In this document: positions 1-5,407 of the stretch, piece by piece
Position numbering within the stretch: the first letter of the stretch is position 1
Layout of the letters: each line of letters starts with the position of its first letter
Origin: a virus
Taxonomy: Duplodnaviria > Heunggongvirae > Uroviricota > Caudoviricetes
DNA: 7,640 bases
Direction: 5' to 3' (one strand)
IMG/VR virus record: IMGVR_UViG_2778261354_000005
Notes under the pieces: generated by a model
Seen by the model: the letters and a program-made list of their open reading frames with translations, nothing else
Told to the model about the DNA's origin: nothing
Database searches by the model: none
Position numbers and translations under genes: made by a program

Positions 1-163
1 CTCGTTAGCCCATGAATAACAATCAGAAAGTACCATAACAGACCCGAAGAAAATGAAATATAAGAGAAGATCAACGGGTGAGGAAAAAGTTCAAAAAATC
101 GCTGCCGGGGAGGAAGGAAACTACCGGATGGAAAGAGTCCCCCTAAAGCAGACTGACAGACAT

Positions 164-189
164 CACAAATCCCCGGGTGGGGATTTGTG
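164..189. repeat. Perfect 11-bp inverted repeat / hairpin (CACAAATCCCC-gggt-GGGGATTTGTG) in the ORF-free gap downstream of the KilA-N gene
   Basis: Read directly: 164-174 is the exact reverse complement of 179-189, with a 4-nt loop. No U-run follows on either strand, so it is not a canonical intrinsic terminator. Function unknown. Confidence 0.6.
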
Positions 190-201
190 TATAAGAGACA
201 G
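183..201 (-). other. Solitary IS50/Tn5 outside-end-like 19-mer (minus strand CTGTCTCTTATACACAAAT); no transposase or partner end in the window
   Basis: 17/19 identity to the Tn5 outside end CTGACTCTTATACACAAGT as I recall it. The first 16 nt equal the mosaic end. The inner part of the 19-mer forms the right arm of the 164-189 hairpin. Confidence 0.3.
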
Positions 202-296
202 GCATAAACAGGGGCATCAGCTCTGAACCGGGTCTGAACAATACGATCCCCATACGCGGGGCAATTTCAGGGGTCAGTAGTGCTCTCACGGTCACC

Positions 297-1112
297 TCAA
301 TGAACGGTATCGAGCAGCTTTAACAGCTCAGGGAATCGGGATTCGAAGAAATGCGGCTGCGTCTCGCGCGGATTTGCGGGACTGGTGATGTTCTTGCCGA
401 ACATGCAGCCTTTCGCTGTCAGCGACCAGAATTTTTTGATGTTGTTAATCGCGGTACGGCTGTATCGTTCGCGTTGTTCAACGATCCCCAGCTTCGCCAT
501 CTGGTGATATGCCTGATTAGCCGTCAGGCGGATACCATACTGCTTCAGCAGTGCACTCAGCGACAGCGTAGGGCGGCTTGAACCATCTGGCGCATCAGCA
601 GGTGCATCAATGGCATAGATCGGCATAAGTTCAGGAAGACCAGCTACCTTTGATAATTTCTGGTATGCACCAAGTTTCGAGGAGTTTGACAGATTTAGAG
701 TCTTTGCTGCTGATTCAAGCAGAATGACCCCGGATTTAATTTTGTCGGATGTGGTTTCTTCTGGTGATGAATTATGAAGCGCATCAAAAGTACGTATCAC
801 TTTTAAGCTGAATGCCGGGCTGATCCACATTGCATATGCATAGACCAGCTCTTTACAGACATACGTCCCACCATTGCGCCCCTGAATGGTGATGACAGGA
901 ATACTACGGGAATCTCCCGTAGTTTCTTCTTCCAATAATTCCACAAGAGCCTTCGTTTCAGGACGACGCATAAACTCGTGAACTTCCAGCGAACGGGAGG
1001 AGCGATTCTCACCAGCGGCAAGAAGAGCAGCTTTCTGAAGGTCGTTAAGACAGTAGTTAGATTCGAAGTACTGGCGCACAGAAACGCCATCAATTACAAG
1101 CAACTGATTCAT
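297..1112 (-). CDS. KilA-N domain protein with a KilA-C/ANT-like C-terminal region (phage antirepressor-like)
   Basis: The ORF track gives 297-1124. The GTG at 1124 lies inside the Shine-Dalgarno GTGGAG, and the ATG at 1112 follows GGAG by 6 nt, so it is the preferred start (271 aa). The N-terminus carries the KilA-N signature (..GRNGGTYVCKELVYAYAMWISPAFSLKVIRTF..). The C-terminal ~90 aa resembles the ANT/KilA-C pattern. Confidence 0.8.
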   Translation of the reverse strand: MNQLLVIDGVSVRQYFESNYCLNDLQKAALLAAGENRSSRSLEVHEFMRRPETKALVELLEEETTGDSRSIPVITIQGRNGGTYVCKELVYAYAMWISPAFSLKVIRTFDALHNSSPEETTSDKIKSGVILLESAAKTLNLSNSSKLGAYQKLSKVAGLPELMPIYAIDAPADAPDGSSRPTLSLSALLKQYGIRLTANQAYHQMAKLGIVEQRERYSRTAINNIKKFWSLTAKGCMFGKNITSPANPRETQPHFFESRFPELLKLLDTVH

Positions 1113-1175
1113 TGGTTTCTCCACAAATTTTTATCCACGAGCGGGACTGCACTCCCTTTTCGTTGATGCAGGATG

Positions 1176-1269
1176 AACTTACTGCGATTTTTAATAGTTA
1201 TCAAGGATACACTGTTCATAAATACAGTATCTTTAACGAGGTAATACCCAAATTTAGGGTGTTGCTCAA
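1176..1269 (-). promoter_or_regulatory. Two candidate sigma70 promoters for the KilA-N gene, flanking the SOS box
   Basis: On the minus strand: TTGAGC (1269-1264)-N17-TATTAC (1246-1241), which places the SOS box about +5 to +25; and TTGATA (1204-1199)-N17-TAAGTT (1181-1176), which places the box 5 nt upstream of the -35. Hexamers were matched by eye only. Confidence 0.45.
1210..1229. promoter_or_regulatory. LexA (SOS) box upstream of the KilA-N/antirepressor-like gene
   Basis: The minus strand reads TACTGTATTTATGAACAGTG, a 16/20 match to the consensus TACTGTATATATATACAGTA, with an intact CTGT-N8-ACAG core. It lies in the 150-bp rusA/KilA-N intergenic region. Confidence 0.75.
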
Positions 1270-1274
1270 TTCCG

Positions 1275-1670
1275 TTACCGAGTTGCTAATTTGCAACTCG
1301 CTTTTTCGTACTTACTGATAGTGATCTCGACCTTCCCCTCCGGGATAACCGGTCCCCACTCCACCAGCATTCTTTTCACCTGTCTGTCGTCTTCCCACAC
1401 ACCCGCGTGGGTCAGGGCGTCAAACAGCGCCTTGTTATAGTTGTCCAGATCGCGGATCCGGTTATCCGGAGGAAACAACACGATCTCCACTGAAGCAGGT
1501 GCCGACGTTGGTTTCGGCAGACGACGTAACTGCTCAACTATTGCTGCACACGCCGCGCTCTGGAATTTTCGCCCCGCCGCGCTTATCAGGCTCTTACCAG
1601 CAAACGCCCCTTTGTTGGGGTGTCGCCAGTACGTGTTCACGCTGGGCGGAAAAGGCAGTATTAGCTTCAT
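1275..1670 (-). CDS. rusA: RusA-family crossover junction endodeoxyribonuclease (Holliday junction resolvase)
   Basis: 131 aa. It has the PPSxNxYWR N-terminal motif and the RDLDNYxKAxxDALT catalytic-Asp motif typical of RusA. Its ATGA start overlaps the upstream stop, and GAGGGG lies 9 nt upstream. Confidence 0.9.
   Translation of the reverse strand: MKLILPFPPSVNTYWRHPNKGAFAGKSLISAAGRKFQSAACAAIVEQLRRLPKPTSAPASVEIVLFPPDNRIRDLDNYNKALFDALTHAGVWEDDRQVKRMLVEWGPVIPEGKVEITISKYEKASCKLATR
1279..1306 (+). terminator. Plus-strand intrinsic-terminator-like hairpin embedded in the 3' end of the minus-strand rusA gene
   Basis: CGAGTTGC-taattt-GCAACTCG is an 8-bp perfect stem with a 6-nt loop, followed by C-TTTTT (1301-1306) on the + strand only. 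The minus-strand side has an A-run before the stem and no U-run after it. Confidence 0.45.
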
Positions 1671-1993
1671 ACTTTCAGGCCCCTCTCATGTAACCAGTGG
1701 GCTGCACGCAGCCTGGCGTTTGCCTCACCGGCAAGCAGGGCGCGGATAATCCCGACCGCCTCGCTGTCGTCGTCCTTCACCGCGGTATGAAGAGTGATAC
1801 CCCGGGCCACGCCACGCTTTATCGTGATGACACCTTTTTTCTCCAGTGCGCGAAGATGCTCCACCGCTGCATTCACCGAACGGTATCCCAGCATGGTTGC
1901 CACCTCCTGATTGGTTGGCGGGAAGCCACGTTCTTTCTGATAAGAAATCAGCATATCCAGCACCTGCTGCTGGCATTGAGTTAATGTCGTCAT
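1667..1993 (-). CDS. LexA N-terminal DNA-binding-domain-only protein (winged HTH; no S24 peptidase domain)
   Basis: 108 aa. Residues ~4-68 align by eye with E. coli LexA residues ~5-69, with about half the positions identical to my recollection, including the recognition-helix region RS-NAA-EHL-AL--KGVI and the following RGI-L. The protein ends about 40 aa later, so it has no Ser/Lys catalytic domain. ATGA overlaps occur at both ends. Confidence 0.85.
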   Translation of the reverse strand: MTTLTQCQQQVLDMLISYQKERGFPPTNQEVATMLGYRSVNAAVEHLRALEKKGVITIKRGVARGITLHTAVKDDDSEAVGIIRALLAGEANARLRAAHWLHERGLKV

Positions 1994-2643
1994 GCCGCCA
2001 TCTCCCTGACCAGTTTTTCCGCCTGCTGGCGAACCTGCGCCAGAAACGCCTCACCACATGCCTCAAGTTCATCGCGCCCGATGTAGCTGATTGCCGCTCC
2101 CTTCCAGGTCTTGTCGAAAACAGCAATAGCACCAGCGAAGAAAGCACCTGTTGGCACCTGCTTTTCGTCTTTCGGGATAAACCAGGCTGGCAGTTCAAAA
2201 CCAATACGCCCGCGAATAAAAGCAATATGATCTGCATCTTCCGGCCACCACACTTCGCTGGTGGCCGCTTTGATCAGGAAAACATAGCGCCCGCCCTTAT
2301 CACGCATGGCACTGGCATGTTTCATGATGTAACGCATGCCGGTGATGTATTGCCCCTCATGCTGACTGGCGCGGCTGTATGGGGGATTACCAAAGGCAGC
2401 ACCTTTAAGCTCCGCAAGACGTTCTGACCAGTCATGCGCCAGCGCGTTGTCTTCCGCCGTGTAATACGCGGCACATTTGGCGTTATCACCGTCAGTGAAC
2501 AGATCCAGAACAAACGGACCAAACAAGGTGTTAATTCCCCAGAAAATGTTGTCCGGCGTGCGCCACTGATCGCCCACTTCCTTCAGTTCATGGGCTGGTT
2601 TGTTCCGCAGTTCTACCAGCGCCTGGCAATATTTATTACTCAT
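1990..2643 (-). CDS. Phage Dam-type DNA N6-adenine methyltransferase
   Basis: It has the NPPY catalytic motif (..AAFGNPPYSR..) and a WRTPxxxF N-terminal motif typical of the phage_N6A_met/Dam family. The preferred start is the ATG at 2643 (MSNKY.., 217 aa), preceded by GGGGG, rather than the 2688 start in the ORF track. Confidence 0.88.
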   Translation of the reverse strand: MSNKYCQALVELRNKPAHELKEVGDQWRTPDNIFWGINTLFGPFVLDLFTDGDNAKCAAYYTAEDNALAHDWSERLAELKGAAFGNPPYSRASQHEGQYITGMRYIMKHASAMRDKGGRYVFLIKAATSEVWWPEDADHIAFIRGRIGFELPAWFIPKDEKQVPTGAFFAGAIAVFDKTWKGAAISYIGRDELEACGEAFLAQVRQQAEKLVREMAA

Positions 2644-2735
2644 TAAGCCCCCACGTAAAAAGCATCCGCAATGTCTCCGGAAGTACACCCCGGATGGGCT
2701 TCAATGAATTTCTGAACTTCATTCAAAAGACTCAT
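2643..2735 (-). CDS. 30-codon ORF (MSLLNEVQKFIEAHPGCTSGDIADAFYVGA), possibly a wHTH-like fragment, translationally coupled to the methyltransferase
   Basis: Not in the ORF track because it is too short. A strong SD, AGGGGGTGA, sits 2-3 nt before the ATG at 2735. Its stop TAA shares one base with the methyltransferase ATG (TAATG). It fills the only gap in an otherwise overlapping operon. Confidence 0.35.
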   Translation of the reverse strand: MSLLNEVQKFIEAHPGCTSGDIADAFYVGA

Positions 2736-2737
2736 GA

Positions 2738-3733
2738 TCACCCCCTGAATCCTTCCGGGATCTGGCTGTAGTCCACGTTGTCGTAACTGGCTTTGAAGTA
2801 CGGGTCCTCGCGTCTGGCTGCAGATACCGCAGGAACTTCCCAGGATTCTTCGAAATGACGATCCGGACCAAAGAACGTCGACGCCTGCTTCACGAACTGG
2901 GTACCGGTATTTCCAGAGACACGCACCCAGGCGGCATAGCGTTTCACACCGTCGAGCATGGTTTCGGGTGTCACACCTTCCCTGATTCGGGCTTTCCAGG
3001 CTTTAAAAGCGGCGGATTTTGAATTACCACCAGCACGTTTGGGATATTCCTGCCAGGCCTGTTCAAATTCCGGTGAATATTCCTGTCTGGCAGAACGCGC
3101 TGGTGCAGACGCGTCAGCGGATGCGCCAATAGTGTTTTTAGTCTCCGTTGTAATCTCTGTAGTAATCTCTGTAGTAATCTCTGTATTTGTATCAACATTC
3201 GGCGTATCCCCTGTTCCGTTATGACGTCGGGGGGTGTTCCGTTTTAACGTAATAGCTGTATCGCTGATTGCATTATTGCTGTTACTTTCTGGCGAAACAG
3301 AAGAAGGTGTGGTGATGGCCGCAATTGCCTGTGGGTTGATCCCGACAAACAAAATATTGCTGCATTTCACCCCATCGAGCATTTCCACCGTGCGTAAATC
3401 CAGAGTAATAAACCCTGCATCGCGCAGACGCTTCAGCGCATCTGCGGTTTCCCTTTTCCCGAAACCAAACTGCTCAGCAAACGCCTGGTAGCTTCTTTGC
3501 AGTTTGTCGCCCTGAAAACGCTTGCGATATCCCAGCAACGCTCCGGTGTGCTCATCCCTGACCTCTGTCGGGCGGTACCAGTAAACGATCTCTGAAAGCA
3601 GAGCGATAGCCGTCGCATCCGGACGCCCACTGGGTAGTCTAATATATTTCCACCAGGTCGCAGGTGTAACATTGCCGGAAATATTAATTTGACCAATAGC
3701 CATAACTTCCGGTGTGGGGGCGTAACGGCTCAT
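2738..3733 (-). CDS. Replication initiator, lambda O-like in architecture (N-terminal wHTH, repeat-bearing linker, C-terminal domain)
   Basis: 331 aa. It occupies the expected position in the early operon. The N-terminal region resembles the Phage_rep_O/replisome-organizer type (..AIALLSEIVYWY..ETADALKRLRDAGFITL..). The linker is encoded by tandem 12-bp repeats, as with lambda ori inside O. The C-terminal motif EFEQAWQEYPKRxGxxSKxxAFKAW is common in phage replication proteins. ATGA start overlap with a GGAGG SD. The family assignment is by eye. Confidence 0.7.
   Translation of the reverse strand: MSRYAPTPEVMAIGQINISGNVTPATWWKYIRLPSGRPDATAIALLSEIVYWYRPTEVRDEHTGALLGYRKRFQGDKLQRSYQAFAEQFGFGKRETADALKRLRDAGFITLDLRTVEMLDGVKCSNILFVGINPQAIAAITTPSSVSPESNSNNAISDTAITLKRNTPRRHNGTGDTPNVDTNTEITTEITTEITTETKNTIGASADASAPARSARQEYSPEFEQAWQEYPKRAGGNSKSAAFKAWKARIREGVTPETMLDGVKRYAAWVRVSGNTGTQFVKQASTFFGPDRHFEESWEVPAVSAARREDPYFKASYDNVDYSQIPEGFRG
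3138..3185. repeat. Tandem 12-bp direct repeats (GTAATCTCTGTA x3 perfect, plus one degenerate copy); candidate ori iterons inside the initiator gene
   Basis: 3150-3161, 3162-3173 and 3174-3185 are identical, and 3138-3149 matches 8/12. The repeats are in frame and encode TEIT-TEIT-TEIT. Confidence 0.8.
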
Positions 3734-4029
3734 ACAACCTCCTTCCGCAGCATGAGAATTGTGTAGCCACGCGCAGGTTGTAGTCTGGCTTTTGCATCAA
3801 TAGTAAGCGTTGCAATTTTTCGGATATGAAGATAACCAGCTCTTTCCAGTGCCAGGGTTTCCCTGAATATCGCTTGCTTAGAACAACAGCAGAAATCAGC
3901 AAGCACCTGATGATCAATAACTCTCTCGCCTTCACCGTCTGAAGAACCCGACATCAAAACACGCAACATAATCAGGCGCTGAATCGGGTTATCGAAAGCA
4001 CATCCGCACACAAACTGAAAACAGTTCAC
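3730..4029 (-). CDS. Hypothetical 99-aa Cys-rich protein with a possible winged-HTH
   Basis: GTG start with a GGAGG SD 6 nt upstream. It has a GTGA overlap with the upstream gene and an ATGA overlap with the downstream gene. It has six Cys, including a CCC run. The segment ..SKQAIFRETLALERAGYLHIRK.. looks like a wHTH. No family recognised. Confidence 0.6.
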   Translation of the reverse strand: MNCFQFVCGCAFDNPIQRLIMLRVLMSGSSDGEGERVIDHQVLADFCCCSKQAIFRETLALERAGYLHIRKIATLTIDAKARLQPARGYTILMLRKEVV

Positions 4030-4250
4030 GCCACACCTCCCAGACGCTTAAACATTTTTCCGGAGCAAAAGGCTATAAGCGGCATACTGACGCGGTAATT
4101 ACGGCCCAGCGGTTCACAAACCACCTTCTGACATTCACGGTCAACCAGGCTAACACGTAGAACATGCCCAGCAGGCGTGGTGTACCACTGACCCGGACGA
4201 GGACAACGGAAAGTATGATTGGTAAACCGTTTGAAAATATTCCGGATCAT
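4026..4250 (-). CDS. Hypothetical 74-aa protein (possibly DUF4222-like)
   Basis: ATGA overlap with the Rha ORF stop and GTGA overlap with the next gene. The size and the W-Y..G..V.V pattern are reminiscent of small lambdoid early proteins. The family call is weak. Confidence 0.55.
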   Translation of the reverse strand: MIRNIFKRFTNHTFRCPRPGQWYTTPAGHVLRVSLVDRECQKVVCEPLGRNYRVSMPLIAFCSGKMFKRLGGVA

Positions 4251-5407
4251 TTGCGCCCCCTTACCTCTGAAGGGTTCAGCGACAAATTTATGAGACAGGC
4301 CAGCGCCGAAGCATCATTAATATAGTCATATAAGCTAACAGCCAGCGGAGATTCGGCTTTTGCCAACATAGGATAAAGCTGCTGCAGCCAGACCTGATGA
4401 ATTGATGAAATGTAGGAACAGAGAACGCTGGCGTTATGTGCAACGTCGCTCGGTACAGCGGGCTTTGAAAGCTGTTTCTCCATCTGGTTAAAGGCATTTA
4501 TGTATGCCTCTTTGAACCGGGCAGCACGTTTACCCGTGAAACCCATAGCAAGAAACGCAAAACCGTCTCGTGTGATTTGATAGCAAGGGAGCTTGCGTGT
4601 ACCACCGTTCGGTTGATTTACCGAAATCGATGTCTCCGCAAAATTGCGGGCACAAAACTCTGGGGAACAATCCAGAGTGCGGATCTTTTTCAGCACATCG
4701 TCGTGACGCTTGGAGAAGAAGTTGGCAACAGCCAAAGAAGTGGTAACGGCCTGGCCGTTGTCAATGGTGATTTCAGGTTGAGTGAGGGCTGGGATCGTAG
4801 CCATGATGGCAGCCTCCGTTGACAGTGAAAAACTTCCACCACCGGAAACGCCAATTTCACTGGTGGTGAACTGGACGGGGTTGGCGTAACCGGCGTCAAC
4901 GGAGACCGGCGCACCTTTCGGTGCCCCCGCCCAGCCCACCATAATCTGGATGTGAGCAAATGCGGACGATAAAAAAGACGCTGGCGCGTCATACATCGCC
5001 GTTGACAATTTCAGGACGCCAATCCCGGCACCCGCTTTATAAGGTGCCTGAGCAGTGTAACGTCCCGGAATTGCAGAATCAATATGCTGGTGGTCCTTCA
5101 CACTCAACAAAATCACGCCTGAATTTCCACAAAGGACTAAAGCACTCATGCGGGTAGTCTTTGCGAAGATAGATAACGCGCTGTGTTTCTGGCTCCCAAC
5201 GAATAACATGGACATAAAGCCCTCTTCCGTCACGAAACCAGCGGTTAAGTTCCTGCACAACTCGCCCCCCACAGTCAGGTAAAGTTCTCTGTGGTTACTT
5301 ACAGCCAGGTGATTTGGTAATCTGCATTCATGCCGTAACAACAGGTGTTCAGCGACGCTGACCACCAGCTGTTGCGACAAACGGTTATTTGCCGTTAAAC
5401 TATTCAT
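4247..5407 (-). CDS. 386-codon ORF: an unknown 201-aa N-terminal region fused in frame to a Rha-family phage regulatory protein (C-terminal 185 aa)
   Basis: Residues ~212-330 carry the Phage_pRha pattern (..TTSLAVANFFSKRHDDVLKKIRTL..YQITRDGFAFLAMGFTGKRAARFKEAYINAF..). The ATG at 5407 overlaps the YmfL-like stop (ATGA). There is no stop codon between the N-terminal region and the Rha part. Confidence 0.65.
   Translation of the reverse strand: MNSLTANNRLSQQLVVSVAEHLLLRHECRLPNHLAVSNHRELYLTVGGELCRNLTAGFVTEEGFMSMLFVGSQKHSALSIFAKTTRMSALVLCGNSGVILLSVKDHQHIDSAIPGRYTAQAPYKAGAGIGVLKLSTAMYDAPASFLSSAFAHIQIMVGWAGAPKGAPVSVDAGYANPVQFTTSEIGVSGGGSFSLSTEAAIMATIPALTQPEITIDNGQAVTTSLAVANFFSKRHDDVLKKIRTLDCSPEFCARNFAETSISVNQPNGGTRKLPCYQITRDGFAFLAMGFTGKRAARFKEAYINAFNQMEKQLSKPAVPSDVAHNASVLCSYISSIHQVWLQQLYPMLAKAESPLAVSLYDYINDASALACLINLSLNPSEVRGRK
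4802..4817 (-). promoter_or_regulatory. Internal ribosome-binding site plus ATG at the start of the Rha domain (alternative 185-aa product, 4247-4804)
   Basis: The minus strand reads GGAGG (4817-4813), then ctgccatc, then ATG (4804-4802). This is a consensus SD with 8-nt spacing, exactly where Rha-family proteins normally begin (MATIPALTQPEITI..). Confidence 0.55.
5289..5304. promoter_or_regulatory. Weak SOS-box-like CTGT-N8-ACAG motif inside the 5' part of the 386-codon ORF
   Basis: CTGTGGTTACTTACAG has an intact core, but the spacer is GC-containing and the flanks are non-consensus (CT..CC), so predicted affinity is low. Confidence 0.25.

Noticed and set aside
183-201. Nextera/Tn5 mosaic-end adapter contamination
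   Set aside because: Identity to the mosaic end stops after 16 nt. The sequence does not continue into either adapter tail (..ATCTCCGAGCCCACGAGAC or ..ATCTGACGCTGCCGACGA). It is internal to contiguous phage-like sequence and forms part of a native hairpin.
153-201. A 49-bp MITE bounded by CTG...CAG
   Set aside because: The arms match only over the inner 11 bp. There is no flanking target-site duplication and no second copy in the window.
1-296. A tRNA gene or a late-regulator gene start in the left-hand gap
   Set aside because: No cloverleaf or GTTCRANNC T-loop could be built. The only edge-running minus-strand frame (ATG at 36, MVLSDCYSWANE..) has no SD and is too short to assess. The weak CCCC-gcgtat-GGGG hairpin (249-262, minus strand) is a poor terminator.
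1441-2427. Long ORFs in other frames or on the opposite strand across rusA, the LexA-DBD gene and Dam (1441-1749 +, 1697-1984 +, 1846-2427 + at 193 aa, 1725-2237 - at 170 aa)
   Set aside because: They fully overlap genes with clear family signatures. Their products are Arg/Pro/Gly/Ser-rich and look like nonsense. They lack SDs. These are typical shadow ORFs of moderately GC-rich coding DNA.
1990-2688. The 232-aa version of the methyltransferase ORF, starting at 2688
   Set aside because: The extra 15 residues (MYFRRHCGCFLRGGL) have no SD and overlap the well-signalled 30-codon ORF in another frame. The ATG at 2643 has a GGGGG SD and matches the usual start of phage Dam proteins.
3138-3185. 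A CRISPR-like or other repeat array
   Set aside because: The only tandem repeat is contiguous 12-mers with no spacers, in frame inside a gene. It is interpreted as iterons or a coding VNTR instead.
2257-5093. Two Chi octamers GCTGGTGG on the + strand (2257-2264 and 5086-5093)
   Set aside because: The sequences are real, but the density is in line with the general Chi enrichment of E. coli-type genomes, and both lie inside coding sequence. This is not evidence of a special feature.
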